In this document: positions 23,481 through 33,438 of the stretch, piece after piece
Layout of the letters: each line of letters opens with the position of its first letter
Numbering within the stretch: position 1 is the first letter of the stretch
Origin: an uncultured virus (IMG/VR IMGVR_UViG_3300028840_008158)
Taxonomy: Duplodnaviria > Heunggongvirae > Uroviricota > Caudoviricetes
IMG/VR virus record: IMGVR_UViG_3300028840_008158
Length of the DNA stretch: 57,056 bases
Reading direction: 5' to 3' (one strand)
The notes under the pieces: generated by a model
Database searches by the model: none
What the model saw: only the letters and a program-made list of their open reading frames with translations
Told to the model about the DNA's origin: nothing
Translations under genes and position numbers: made by a program

Positions 23481-23779
23481 GGAACTACTACGCCGTCCTG
23501 CATGTCAAGCCATCAGCCTCTCCATCGGAGATCAAGGCCGCCTTCCGCAGGCTCGCGCGCGAGTGGCATCCCGACGTCAACGACGAGGAGGAGGCCGCCG
23601 AGCGGTTCAAGGAAATCGCGGAGGCTTACGCGACCCTCGGGAACCCCATCAAGCGCCGGGCTTACGACGCCTCTAGGGCGACGCTCTCGGTCATGTTCAT
23701 GGACGAGTTGTTCGAGGAGAAGAAAGCCTGCAAGACGTGCCCTACCTGCGGCGGGACGGGGATCGTCAGCGATCAATGA
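23477..23779 (+). CDS. J-domain (DnaJ-like) protein
   Basis: [28 protein letters not shown]-terminal CPTCGGTG. Confidence 0.85.
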   Translation: MRNYYAVLHVKPSASPSEIKAAFRRLAREWHPDVNDEEEAAERFKEIAEAYATLGNPIKRRAYDASRATLSVMFMDELFEEKKACKTCPTCGGTGIVSDQ

Positions 23780-24025
23780 CAAAATACCAGACCGAATTTT
23801 CCATCAGGTGGTGAAAAGGGAGGATGTTTTCTATGTTCGGGAAGGCGGTGGTGATGCGATCATGCGTCTCCCTCCCGTACGGCAGGAAGTAGTACCTGAG
23901 TTGCTGGGGGGCCGCGTACCAAGTCTTGTGCCAACAGAATACGGCGACCATCGTACTCGAGTCGTACTCGCCCGTTCCTGGACCACGAGCGAAATTCAAT
24001 GCGAACTCCGGCTTGAAGGCTCCCA

Positions 24026-24325
24026 TTATTGAAATTCTTTCTGAAATTCTTTCGTGGTAGTCTGTTCGATGATTTCCCGGGCGCTCAGCGATCCATGGAT
24101 GACGGGCACGAGCAACGTGAACCTCGGTACCTTCGTGCTTGCGGGGGCATGACGTGGCGGCTTCGGGTCGACCATCTCGCTGAATACCTTTTCCGGCCTC
24201 GCGTAGCATCGTCCTTCCGAGTCATGGTAGACGACAAGGGTTTCCCCGGTCTCCGTATGCTTGGCGACGTGTCTCACGACGTAGAGGCCGCCCTTGTAAT
24301 GCTGGTAGACGCCCGTCTGGATCAT
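24026..24325 (-). CDS. DUF1653-like protein
   Basis: GVYQHYKGGLY, HTET.E.LVVY, ARP...F. Confidence 0.8.
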   Translation of the reverse strand: MIQTGVYQHYKGGLYVVRHVAKHTETGETLVVYHDSEGRCYARPEKVFSEMVDPKPPRHAPASTKVPRFTLLVPVIHGSLSAREIIEQTTTKEFQKEFQ

Positions 24326-24398
24326 GTCTCTTTCCTCCTTTCCCGGCATTATAGCGTCGACCCCCGGAAAGGCCAGTAGTTGTCGGTATCATCAGTCC

Positions 24399-24716
24399 AT
24401 GGAGTTCCGGCGCGTAGAGGTCAAGAAAACCATACGGCACCAGGAACGGGTGGCCGACCCCCTCGAGGCAGGAAAGATTTTCGAGGCGCTTCGGGACAAT
24501 CGACTCGGCTTTTCCATGAGGTACGGGCAAATGGGATGGCTTCGTTCTTGCAGCGTCGTCGAGCTGAAGGATGAAGCGGTCAGGATTTTTTCGCGCCAGC
24601 CATCCAAGGTTTACGTCTGGGCCGACTTCAAGGACATCGAGAACGTCGAGGTGGAGAGCAACTGCGACTTTCTCGTCGAGGAAGACGACCAGGGCCGGTG
24701 GGCCAGGATCATCTGA
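24399..24716 (+). CDS. hypothetical protein
   Basis: ORF right after TATCAT (possibly leaderless). Confidence 0.5.
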   Translation: MEFRRVEVKKTIRHQERVADPLEAGKIFEALRDNRLGFSMRYGQMGWLRSCSVVELKDEAVRIFSRQPSKVYVWADFKDIENVEVESNCDFLVEEDDQGRWARII

Positions 24717-24735
24717 AATTGACCAAGGAGGAAAC

Positions 24736-26715
24736 ATGTCCGACTCGTTGATCAACTCGTTGCGAGAACACGCCGGGAAGCGAGCCCAGGAGAAGAAGGC
24801 GATCTCCATGGAGGAGTACATCGACAAGGTCCGGGCGAACCCCGGCGTCGCCGGCGGCTCCCACCGCCGGGTTTACGACATGATCCGCAGTTACGGGGTC
24901 AAGATCGACGCGGAGAGCGGGAACGAGACGTACCTGTTCTTCGAGCGAGAGCTGTTCGGCATCGAGGACTCCCTGAGGGAGGTCATGGAGTACTTCAAGG
25001 GGGCCGCGCTCGGTTCCGACGTCTCGAAGCGCTTCCTCCTCGTGTACGGACCTCCATCGTCCGGGAAGTCCAACCTCGTCTCCATGATCAAGGACGCCAT
25101 GGAGGCGTGGACGCTGACCGACGAGGGGGCCGTCTACGCCGTCGAGGGATGCCCGATGAACGAGGAACCCTTGCACGCCATCCCGAAGGACTTGCGAGCC
25201 GAAGTGTCCAAGGACCTTAACGTGACCATCGAGGGAGAGCTGTGCCCCGTCTGCGCTATGAGGCTGCGCCAACTGGACGGGGACTTCATGAAGCTCCAGG
25301 TCAAGCGGATTTACTTCTCACAGCAGGCGCGACTCGGGCTCGGTTCCTTCGTGCCCTCGGATCCGAAATCCCAGGATCTCGCGGAGTTGATCGGGTCGGT
25401 GGACTTGTCCAAGATCGGGGAGCACGGGACGGAATCCGACCCTCGGGCGTGGAAGTTCGACGGGGAACTCAACGTGGCCAACCGGGGGATCATGGAGTTC
25501 ATCGAGATACTGAAGGTCGACCCGAAGTTCCTGTACGTCCTGCTCACCGCGACGCAGGAAAAGGTCATCAAGACGCCTCGCTTCCCGCTGATAAGCTGCG
25601 ACGAGGTCATCCTCAGCCATACGAACGAGAGCGAGTACAAGGAGTTCGTGGGCAACCCCAAGAACGAAGCGCTGATCGACCGCATGATCGTCTGCAAGAT
25701 ACCGTACAACCTGAGGGTCAAGGACGAGGTCCGGATATACGAGAAGTTGCTGCGGGGGGGCGGCCTCGCGGGCGTTCACGTCGCCCCGCACACGCTGCGC
25801 GTCGCGTCCATGTTCGCCGTCCTGAGCAGGATCGAGGACCCCAAGGACCAGAACCTCGACAAGGTCAAGAAGATGAAGCTCTACGACGGCGAGGAGGTCG
25901 AGGGCTTCAGCCTGAAGGACGTCCCGCGCATCCAGAAGGAGAGCGGAGGCACCGAGGGCATGGACGGCGTGAGCCCGAGGTACATCATCAACCGCCTTGT
26001 CACGACGGCCATACGCGGCATCGAGGAGGAGGACGAGGAGGAACGTAAGAAGGAAAAGACGCCGGACTTCGTGCAACGGAAGCGACACGTCAAGTTCATC
26101 ACCCCGATACACGTTCTTCGAAGCCTCAAGGAAGGGCTGAGGACGTCGAGCAAGTTCAAGCCGGAGGAGCGCACTCGTTACGAGGACCTGATCTCGGAGG
26201 TCCGTAAGGAGTTCGACGAGATCGCCAAGAACGAGGTCCAGAAAGCGTTCTTCGTGTCGTTCGAGGACGAGGCCAAGACGCTTCTCGACAACTACATCGA
26301 CAACGTCGAGGCGTTCCTGGAGAAGACGAAGCTCGAGGACCCGATCACCAAGGAGGAGATCGAGCCCAGCGAGCAGCTCATGCGCTCGATCGAGAACAAG
26401 ATCGGCATCAGCGACACCGGGAAGGACTCCTTCCGCAACGAGATCATGCGTAAGGTCGCGGCCATGACGCGCCGGGGCGACAAGTTCCGCTACGACAGCC
26501 ACGGGAGGCTCCGCGAGGCCATCGAGAAGCAGCTCTTCGAGGACCGCAAGGACCTCATCAAGATGACGATCACGTCGAGGACCAAGCGCGATCCCGACGA
26601 GCTGAAGCGGATCAACCAGGTCGTCGACACGCTATGCGAGAAGCACGGGTACATCCCGGAGAGCGCGAACGAGCTACTCAAGTACGTCAGCTCGATCATG
26701 ATGAGGGAAAAATGA
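24736..26715 (+). CDS. prkA: PrkA/YeaG family AAA+ serine protein kinase
   Basis: GPPSSGKS, CPMNEEPL, DPRAW.FDGELNVANRGIMEFIE, GMDGVSPRY. Confidence 0.92.
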   Translation: MSDSLINSLREHAGKRAQEKKAISMEEYIDKVRANPGVAGGSHRRVYDMIRSYGVKIDAESGNETYLFFERELFGIEDSLREVMEYFKGAALGSDVSKRFLLVYGPPSSGKSNLVSMIKDAMEAWTLTDEGAVYAVEGCPMNEEPLHAIPKDLRAEVSKDLNVTIEGELCPVCAMRLRQLDGDFMKLQVKRIYFSQQARLGLGSFVPSDPKSQDLAELIGSVDLSKIGEHGTESDPRAWKFDGELNVANRGIMEFIEILKVDPKFLYVLLTATQEKVIKTPRFPLISCDEVILSHTNESEYKEFVGNPKNEALIDRMIVCKIPYNLRVKDEVRIYEKLLRGGGLAGVHVAPHTLRVASMFAVLSRIEDPKDQNLDKVKKMKLYDGEEVEGFSLKDVPRIQKESGGTEGMDGVSPRYIINRLVTTAIRGIEEEDEEERKKEKTPDFVQRKRHVKFITPIHVLRSLKEGLRTSSKFKPEERTRYEDLISEVRKEFDEIAKNEVQKAFFVSFEDEAKTLLDNYIDNVEAFLEKTKLEDPITKEEIEPSEQLMRSIENKIGISDTGKDSFRNEIMRKVAAMTRRGDKFRYDSHGRLREAIEKQLFEDRKDLIKMTITSRTKRDPDELKRINQVVDTLCEKHGYIPESANELLKYVSSIMMREK

Positions 26716-26912
26716 GAAAAATCCTTGAGAACTTTTGCCTGGCGTTGAGCTGGTCAGCATTGCCGACCCTGGCGGTCCTTGCCGGGTCGGCCAACGTACC
26801 CGGCGAGCAGTTAGTCGGGGGAAGTCACCTGGTTCTAGGGATCATGATCTCGTCTTTCGTCACGGGGATCGGGTTCATCCTGCTTTCGTTCGTGAGGGAG
26901 GCGGAGAAGTAA
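26712..26912 (+). CDS. small membrane protein
   Basis: two hydrophobic stretches, coupled start. Confidence 0.5.
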   Translation: MRKILENFCLALSWSALPTLAVLAGSANVPGEQLVGGSHLVLGIMISSFVTGIGFILLSFVREAEK

Positions 26913-27589
26913 TGAAGACAATCCTCGGTCCGACGGATGCCAAGGTCGTCAAGCGCGAGGAGGCTCCCATCCACGATCCCGTCATCGACGCGCTTTACCG
27001 TCCGCGCCCGCGGTTCGTAACGTACCTCGAGACCGAGGTTAGACATAGGCTTCTGGGAGCCCCTGAAGCGGAGTCCGTTACGGCAGTCGTTACGGAAATC
27101 GCTAAGCCGGATAAGGAGGGAGAGGGGGCCATTCCCATCAAGACCAGGTATCCTCAAAAATTGTTGTACGGCAGGTGGTGTTGCAACTACCACGTCAAGA
27201 CGGTGGCGTCGTTGACGCCTGATCAGGCCAAACGAATCCTGTTTGGGACGGACGACCGGGGGGAGACGTCGAACCATCATTGGGAATTTACGAAGCCCAC
27301 GACCTTGGAGGCGACCTTGACCTACCCGCTGTCCGTGGACGTCAAGATAACTGTTTCGCCCCCCATGCGCGTCAAGGACGAGGAGGATGAGTTCCCCGGA
27401 ACAGGGGGCAGCTTCAACAGCTTCGGGCTCTTCCTGCTGGCCCTCGCCAAGGAGTACGAGCGCATCTACGCGGAGGACAACGTCGACCCGTCCAAGTACG
27501 GCATTTGGGGGCATGCCCTCGGGGACCTTTTCTTCGAGGTCGTGGAGGTATGCAAGGACGGCCGCGTTTACGTCGGCATCGGATCGTAA
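26912..27589 (+). CDS. hypothetical protein
   Basis: coupled ORF, C-terminal YGIWGH.LGDL.FE. Confidence 0.65.
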   Translation: MKTILGPTDAKVVKREEAPIHDPVIDALYRPRPRFVTYLETEVRHRLLGAPEAESVTAVVTEIAKPDKEGEGAIPIKTRYPQKLLYGRWCCNYHVKTVASLTPDQAKRILFGTDDRGETSNHHWEFTKPTTLEATLTYPLSVDVKITVSPPMRVKDEEDEFPGTGGSFNSFGLFLLALAKEYERIYAEDNVDPSKYGIWGHALGDLFFEVVEVCKDGRVYVGIGS

Positions 27590-27608
27590 GGCCAGGAGGG
27601 GTTCGCGC

Positions 27609-28787
27609 ATGGGAATCCTTAGGAGCAACCTCCCCTATGACCTGCGTCGTAGGGGACAACTGGACTCCAATCGCCACCAGAAGAAGATCAAGGAGGCCAT
27701 CAAGAAGAACCTCCACAAGATCATCTCCGAGGAGGCGATCATCACGACCGACGGGAAGCGGACCACCCGCGTCCCCGTCAAGTACCTCGACAGCTATTAC
27801 TTCCGTCACGGGTATCCCAAGGACGGCGCGGGGCACGGCGAAGGCAAGGAGGGGGACATCCTCAAGAAGGGCAAGAAGAAGGGCGAGGGAGGGGGAAAGC
27901 AGCCCGGTAACGAGCCCGGGATCGACATCTACGACGCCGAAATCACGGTCGAGGAGCTCACCCAGATGATGCTGGAGGACCTCGGGTTGCCGTGGCTCGA
28001 GAAGAAGGACAAGGTCGAGATCGTCACCACGGAGACCAAGTTCACGGACCTTCGCAAGAAGGGCATCATGTCGAACTGGGCGAAGCGCGCGACCGTCATG
28101 GAGAACATCAAGCGCAACGCCAAGGAGTCGAACGACCCGCGGTTCAAGGGTCTCACGGACGACGACATGCGGTTCCGGACGTGGGACGACATCGTCGAGC
28201 GTCATTCCAACGCGGTCGTCTACCTGATGATGGACCGGAGCGGGTCCATGGACGACCACAAGCGGTACCTCTGCAAGGCCACCTTCTGGTGGATATGCCG
28301 TTTCCTGGAACGCAAGTACGACCACGTCGAGGTGGTCTTCATCGCCCACGACGCGGCGGCGCAGGTCGTCCCGGAGAAGGACTTCTTCGCGATATCCTCG
28401 TGGGGCGGCACGAAATGCTCCTCGGCCTACGACCTGGCCTGGAAGGACATTCGGGAGTCTCGGCCCCGGAACTTGTGGAACGTGTACGTCTTCCACTTCT
28501 CGGACGGGGAGAACTGGCGCGAGGACAACGAGAACTGCGTCAAGGTCGTCAAGGAGATGATCGAGCGCGTCAACATGCTCGCGTACGGGGAGGTTCATTA
28601 CGAGGGCGACGACGACGAGGAGGACGACAACAACAGCCCATTCTTCACGCCCCTGATGAAGACCTTCAAGGACAGGATCGGAGACCATGATCGGCTGCTT
28701 CTCGCCCGCATGTCGCGCAAGTCGGACGTGTTCAAAACCCTAAAGGCGTTCCTCGGCGTGGAGGATGACAAGGAGGCGGCCAAGTGA
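27609..28787 (+). CDS. yhbH: YeaH/YhbH (DUF444) vWA-domain protein
   Basis: RHQKKIKEAIK, MMDRSGSM, FIAH, GGTKCSSAY, YVFHFSDGEN. Confidence 0.9.
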   Translation: MGILRSNLPYDLRRRGQLDSNRHQKKIKEAIKKNLHKIISEEAIITTDGKRTTRVPVKYLDSYYFRHGYPKDGAGHGEGKEGDILKKGKKKGEGGGKQPGNEPGIDIYDAEITVEELTQMMLEDLGLPWLEKKDKVEIVTTETKFTDLRKKGIMSNWAKRATVMENIKRNAKESNDPRFKGLTDDDMRFRTWDDIVERHSNAVVYLMMDRSGSMDDHKRYLCKATFWWICRFLERKYDHVEVVFIAHDAAAQVVPEKDFFAISSWGGTKCSSAYDLAWKDIRESRPRNLWNVYVFHFSDGENWREDNENCVKVVKEMIERVNMLAYGEVHYEGDDDEEDDNNSPFFTPLMKTFKDRIGDHDRLLLARMSRKSDVFKTLKAFLGVEDDKEAAK

Positions 28788-28789
28788 GC

Positions 28790-29920
28790 ATGCGCGTCGT
28801 CTCCCTGTTCGCCGGGATAGGCGGCTTCGACCTGGCCATGGAAAGGGCCGGGATGAAGGTCGTCGCCCAGGTCGAGAAGGACAAGAACTGCCTGAAGCTA
28901 CTGGGGGAGAAGTGGCCCGACGTCCCCCAATTCGACGACGTCTGCACCGTGGGGAAACACAACCTCCCCGAATGCGACGTGATATGCGGCGGATTCCCGT
29001 GCCAGGACGTCAGCGCCGCCGGGAAGCGGGCCGGCTTGGCCGGGGAGCGATCAGGACTCTTCTACGAGATGGGGAGGATCATCGATGAACGAAAGCCTAC
29101 TTGGTGCATTTGGGAGAATGTTCCCGGATTACTCAATTCCACAAACGGAAGAGACATTCTCGCGGTGGTCAAGGAGTTTCACGAACTCGGGTTTGATGGA
29201 GGATGGCGAGTTATTGATGCTGAGTACCTCGGAGTGGCCCAGCGAAGAAGAAGGGTCTTCGGTGTGTTCGCTCGCCGAGATATTGGAGCCCGAAGTCCCG
29301 GAGAAGTACTATCTGTCTTCGAAGGCGTGCGAGGGCATCCTCCGCCGCGCCGAAAAGCGAGGAAACAAGCTCCCGGAACCGTTGAAGAAAGCCCTGGAGC
29401 AGGTGGCTCGAAAGTGATCTCGTTCTCCTGCAAGGATCACGGGGCCGACGCCCGCGACGACGTGGCTCCGACCCTGCGCAGCATGAACTACGTCGACTCG
29501 CACATAAGCGGGGGCGGTCACGTCGCGGTGGCGTTCAAGCCGTCTCATTATACTAGGGACAAGGACGGCTCGCCCTCCGAGATATTCCCCCCGCTGTCGG
29601 CCGACGCGGACAAGGGCGATCAAGACCCGGTAATATTCCAGTCTCGGATCGCCCGCAACGGGCGCGGGCAGCCTGAGGACGTTTGTCCGGCGCTCAACGG
29701 GAGCGACGCCGGGGCCACGTCCGACATGAGACCGTTGGTGGCGACCAAGTCTTGCGTCAGGAGGCTGACGCCCGTCGAATGCGAGCGCCTCCAGGGGTTT
29801 CCCGATGACTGGACCGCGGGTTTCAGCGACAGCGTACGCTACAGGATGCTCGGGAACGCCGTGGCGGTCCCCTGCGTCGAGTGGATAGCCAGGAGGCTGG
29901 CCAATGTCGAAGAGTCTTGA
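28790..29920 (+). CDS. dcm: C5 DNA cytosine methyltransferase (alpha chain)
   Basis: FAGIGG, GFPCQ, WENV, QRRRR, RRLTPVECERLQGFPD, GNAV. Confidence 0.92.
   Translation: MRVVSLFAGIGGFDLAMERAGMKVVAQVEKDKNCLKLLGEKWPDVPQFDDVCTVGKHNLPECDVICGGFPCQDVSAAGKRAGLAGERSGLFYEMGRIIDERKPTWCIWENVPGLLNSTNGRDILAVVKEFHELGFDGGWRVIDAEYLGVAQRRRRVFGVFARRDIGARSPGEVLSVFEGVRGHPPPRRKARKQAPGTVEESPGAGGSKVISFSCKDHGADARDDVAPTLRSMNYVDSHISGGGHVAVAFKPSHYTRDKDGSPSEIFPPLSADADKGDQDPVIFQSRIARNGRGQPEDVCPALNGSDAGATSDMRPLVATKSCVRRLTPVECERLQGFPDDWTAGFSDSVRYRMLGNAVAVPCVEWIARRLANVEES
29085..29417 (+). CDS. nested alternative-frame ORF, M.EcoHK31I beta-polypeptide-like
   Basis: GGAGG RBS inside dcm; CSLAEILE...KYYLSSKACEGILRRAEKRG. Confidence 0.75.
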   Translation: MNESLLGAFGRMFPDYSIPQTEETFSRWSRSFTNSGLMEDGELLMLSTSEWPSEEEGSSVCSLAEILEPEVPEKYYLSSKACEGILRRAEKRGNKLPEPLKKALEQVARK

Positions 29921-31409
29921 CGAGCGCTTCGAGGAGATCGAGGCGCTGGCGGACAAGATGGGGCTCGACCCCTTCCCGGTCATCTACGAGGTCGTCCCGA
30001 GGGAGATCATCTGGGACGTCTCCTCGTACGGGCTCCCTACCCGCATGTCGCATTGGTCGTTCGGGCGTTCGTTCGTCCACCAGAAGACGTACGGGGAGAT
30101 GGGGTTCTCCAAGATCTACGAGCTGATCCTGAACAACGACCCGTCCTACGCCTTCCTAGACGAGACGAACCCGGACGTCGTCAACCTGCTCGTTTGCGCG
30201 CATTGCCTGGGTCATTCGGACTTCTTCAAGAACAACGCGATGTTCCGACGGACGAACAGGAACATGGTCAACCAGGCGGAACGCAACGCTCACGCGATAG
30301 AGGCGCTGAAGGAGAAATACGGGATCGAGGTCGTCGAGGACTGGATGGACGTGGCGTTCTCCATTGACCGGCACATCGACTGGAACATGGGGGAGAACAG
30401 GCAACGCTACCCGCAACAGGAACACGTCTTCAAGAAGATCGATCCTCTTCCGTACGCGGACTTGTTCGGCGAGGACATGAAACCGCGAGTGAAGCACGAG
30501 ATCAAGAACAAGACGTTTCCGCCCCATCACGAGCGCGACTTGCTCTGGTTCCTGGGGACGTACGCGAACCTGCTGCCGTGGCAGCGCGAGGTATTCGCGA
30601 TGATTCGTTCGGAAAGCTACTACTTCTACCCGCAGTTCATGACGAAGATCATGAACGAGGGTTGGGCGAGCTTCTGGCACGCCGAGTTGATGCTCAACTA
30701 CGAGGGCTTGACGTCCGCCGAGCACATGGACTTCGCCAAGGCTCACGCGGGCGTCGTCAGCGCGGGACGAGGTGGATCCCTGAACCCGTACTACGTCGGG
30801 TTCCGCGTCTTCGGCGACATCAAGAAACGCTGGGACGAGTACCACGAGGAGGGGCTGAAGGACAAGGCGTTCATGGCCGGCGACGACGTCGACAAGTACG
30901 ACGACGAAGGGAACGTCGTCATGTCGAAAATGACGGGCGCCCAGAAGATGTTCCAGGTGAGGGCGGACGACGACGACGTGAGCTTCATCCAGAACTACCT
31001 GACGAAGGACCTCGCCCAGGACATGAAGCTCTTCAGGTTCGGGACGCGGGGAACCACCGAGGATCCGGAGGAGGACGACATCATCCTGAAGTCCCGCGAC
31101 CTGGAGAAGATCATCGAGAGCATGACCACCCGGCTGCATAACTACGGGGTTCCGCCGATCTACATCAAGGAGGTCAACGACAAGGACCGGGCTCTCGTAC
31201 TCGTCCATGACGGCTCGGACAAGACCCCCCTCGACGAGACGTACGCGAGGGGAACCCTGACCTACATCGCCAAGACGTGGGGACACAAGGTGTCGCTCTA
31301 CACGAGGGATCGGTTCGGGAAGCCGCTGGTCTACGTCCTGGACGAGAAGTCCTCCGTCAAGAAGGTCCAGGATGGCGACGACCAGACCGTAATCGAGGTC
31401 GAGATATGA
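29904..31409 (+). CDS. spoVR: SpoVR/YcgB family protein
   Basis: HWSFG, IYELILN.DPSYAFL, AHCLGHSDFFKNN, YFYPQ..TKIMNEGWAS.WH, NPYY.GF. Confidence 0.92.
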   Translation: MSKSLDERFEEIEALADKMGLDPFPVIYEVVPREIIWDVSSYGLPTRMSHWSFGRSFVHQKTYGEMGFSKIYELILNNDPSYAFLDETNPDVVNLLVCAHCLGHSDFFKNNAMFRRTNRNMVNQAERNAHAIEALKEKYGIEVVEDWMDVAFSIDRHIDWNMGENRQRYPQQEHVFKKIDPLPYADLFGEDMKPRVKHEIKNKTFPPHHERDLLWFLGTYANLLPWQREVFAMIRSESYYFYPQFMTKIMNEGWASFWHAELMLNYEGLTSAEHMDFAKAHAGVVSAGRGGSLNPYYVGFRVFGDIKKRWDEYHEEGLKDKAFMAGDDVDKYDDEGNVVMSKMTGAQKMFQVRADDDDVSFIQNYLTKDLAQDMKLFRFGTRGTTEDPEEDDIILKSRDLEKIIESMTTRLHNYGVPPIYIKEVNDKDRALVLVHDGSDKTPLDETYARGTLTYIAKTWGHKVSLYTRDRFGKPLVYVLDEKSSVKKVQDGDDQTVIEVEI

Positions 31410-32623
31410 ACCTCTCTGGGAACAAGATTCTCATCATTGGGGACTTGATCCTGGACTACTACCGTTTTTTGGAAGCCGAACGAGTCAGCCCGGAAGCCCC
31501 CATAGTCGTCTTCGCCGAGAAGGAGGTTCAATGGAGGTTCGGTGGCGCCGCTAACGTGGCCAACAACCTCAAGGCCATGGGCGTCGACGACGTCAAGCTC
31601 TTTACCGTGGTCGGGGAGGACTTCGACGAGTACAAGAACAGCATATCGTTCGTGGAGAACCTGCACGGGAGCCACTTCAACGGGAAGATCGCCTCCTTCG
31701 TGGAACCGATCATATGCCCCCGCCGCAAGACCACCGTCAAGGAGCGGTTCATCGCCCGCTCGCAACAAGTACTCAGGGTCGACTCCCAGACGCGGGAGCC
31801 GGTCCCGGAGTCGATATTCCGGGGGATGATCCAGCGCGTCATCGAATGCCTCGACGGGGCGACGGCCATCGTCGTGTCGGACTACGCCCATGGCGTCATG
31901 AGGCGCAGCGAGTACCTGGAATGCCTGCTGGTATACGCTAGGGACAAGGGCATCCCGGTAGTAGTTGACACGAAGTCCAGGGAGGCGCTGACGATGTATC
32001 GCCGGGCGTCCATCGTCGTCCCGAACTCGGCCGAAGCCCGGTTCATATGCGGGTCCAGCATCGACGCGCGAGGACACGACGACGCGTTCCTCGCCGGGTA
32101 CATCATGGACGTAATGGACCTCGACGCGGCGGCCGTGACGCTTGGTCACGGGGGGGCCGTCATGGCCACCCGGAAGTGGACTCGCAAGTTCAAGGCGCTC
32201 GACGAGGGCGACGAGGAGGTCGTGGACGTAACGGGGGCCGGCGACACGCTCGCGGCCGCCTTGGCTGCCGCTTTGGGTGCTGGAATGCCGTATGATGAGG
32301 CCATGAAGGTGGCGCAGGCGGCTTCTGGCGTCGTGGTCCAGAAGCTCGGCGTCGCCACGGTGACTGCCGAGGAAGTGCGCGAAGCCCTGAAAAGGTACGA
32401 GGGCGAGGGAGGTAGAGAAGATGTCCAGAAAGGGCGACGAGCTGGGTCAAACGCTGCAAAAACTCGCGGCGTATGTCGAGGAAAAGGCGAAGCTCGTGAA
32501 GGAGCATCGTCCCGACGACGAGTTCCTGAAGAAGGACGTGGAGTTCCTGATGGAGGTTCTGGTGGCCCTGGACAACCTGAACAAGAGGGCGAACCTACTG
32601 GAGCAGGAGGCGGGCCTGAATGA
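31406..32623 (+). CDS. RfaE/HldE-type heptose-7-phosphate kinase (PfkB family); tail overlaps next gene
   Basis: GDLILD.Y, RVSPEAP, GGAANVA.NL, SDYAHG, DVTGAGDT. Confidence 0.85.
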   Translation: MNLSGNKILIIGDLILDYYRFLEAERVSPEAPIVVFAEKEVQWRFGGAANVANNLKAMGVDDVKLFTVVGEDFDEYKNSISFVENLHGSHFNGKIASFVEPIICPRRKTTVKERFIARSQQVLRVDSQTREPVPESIFRGMIQRVIECLDGATAIVVSDYAHGVMRRSEYLECLLVYARDKGIPVVVDTKSREALTMYRRASIVVPNSAEARFICGSSIDARGHDDAFLAGYIMDVMDLDAAAVTLGHGGAVMATRKWTRKFKALDEGDEEVVDVTGAGDTLAAALAAALGAGMPYDEAMKVAQAASGVVVQKLGVATVTAEEVREALKRYEGEGGREDVQKGRRAGSNAAKTRGVCRGKGEAREGASSRRRVPEEGRGVPDGGSGGPGQPEQEGEPTGAGGGPE

Positions 32624-32678
32624 CGCCTTCATCGATTCCAGCGACATCCCGACCCGGATCGGGGGCATGATCAAGTAA
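32421..32678 (+). CDS. hypothetical coiled-coil protein
   Basis: GGAGG RBS, 85 aa. Confidence 0.55.
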   Translation: MSRKGDELGQTLQKLAAYVEEKAKLVKEHRPDDEFLKKDVEFLMEVLVALDNLNKRANLLEQEAGLNDAFIDSSDIPTRIGGMIK

Positions 32679-32895
32679 TGGAACAGGAGAACAAGAATTC
32701 CCACGGGGAGATCATCCATCACGACGAGGACGGCAATCCGTACGTCCTCGACGAGGCCGGAAACAAGAGGCCCCCATGTACTCCGAGATCGTGAATGACG
32801 GAAGCGACTTCAGGACGTACGACACGTCGCAAGGTCATTGTGCCTTTTGCGGAAAGTTGACTTGCAGAGGATCTTGCTTCAAGTAAGGGGACACG

Positions 32896-33438
32896 ATGGA
32901 AGTCTGCGTCAAGGACGTGATCGGGCCGCTGCCTGATTTCAGCGGGATCATAGTCGTGGAGGCCGACAAGAAGGTTTTCCCGGTCAGGTGCTCCCTGGCC
33001 GACGCCGAGACGTGTCACGACATACTGACCACGGGGACGTCGAGCGGCCCCTACTCCTCCGTCACGAGCGTCTTCAAGGCGTCGTCCGTCTCGATCACCG
33101 GGTCCGAGCTCGTCGAGCGGGAGGGCGGCTTGCATTCGTCCGTGACGCTAAAGAGGGGGCGCAAGAAGATGCGCCTCGCGTCGGATAACGCCGCGATGGC
33201 GATCAACCTGTCGTTGTTGTCCGAATGCCCGCTGCTCATCGACGACGAATGCCTGGCGCGGCTCAAGGACTCGTCCCGGACGTACAACGCGGTTCGCTGC
33301 GAGATCAGGATGCTCTGGCCGATGCACCAGCTCAACAAGACCAGCGAGTTGCAGGCCATGACGGAGTACATGGAGGACGCTTTCCCAGATGGATGGTCGG
33401 TCACGATCAATGATGAAGGGTACCCGCCAGGCGAATGA
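32896..33438 (+). CDS. hypothetical protein, possibly DUF151 bifunctional-nuclease-like
   Basis: weak pattern resemblance only. Confidence 0.45.
   Translation: MEVCVKDVIGPLPDFSGIIVVEADKKVFPVRCSLADAETCHDILTTGTSSGPYSSVTSVFKASSVSITGSELVEREGGLHSSVTLKRGRKKMRLASDNAAMAINLSLLSECPLLIDDECLARLKDSSRTYNAVRCEIRMLWPMHQLNKTSELQAMTEYMEDAFPDGWSVTINDEGYPPGE

Noticed and set aside
32400..32623. Extra C-terminal domain on the heptose kinase
   Set aside because: The tail is a low-complexity alternative-frame read-through over ORF 32421-32678; more likely a lost stop than a domain.
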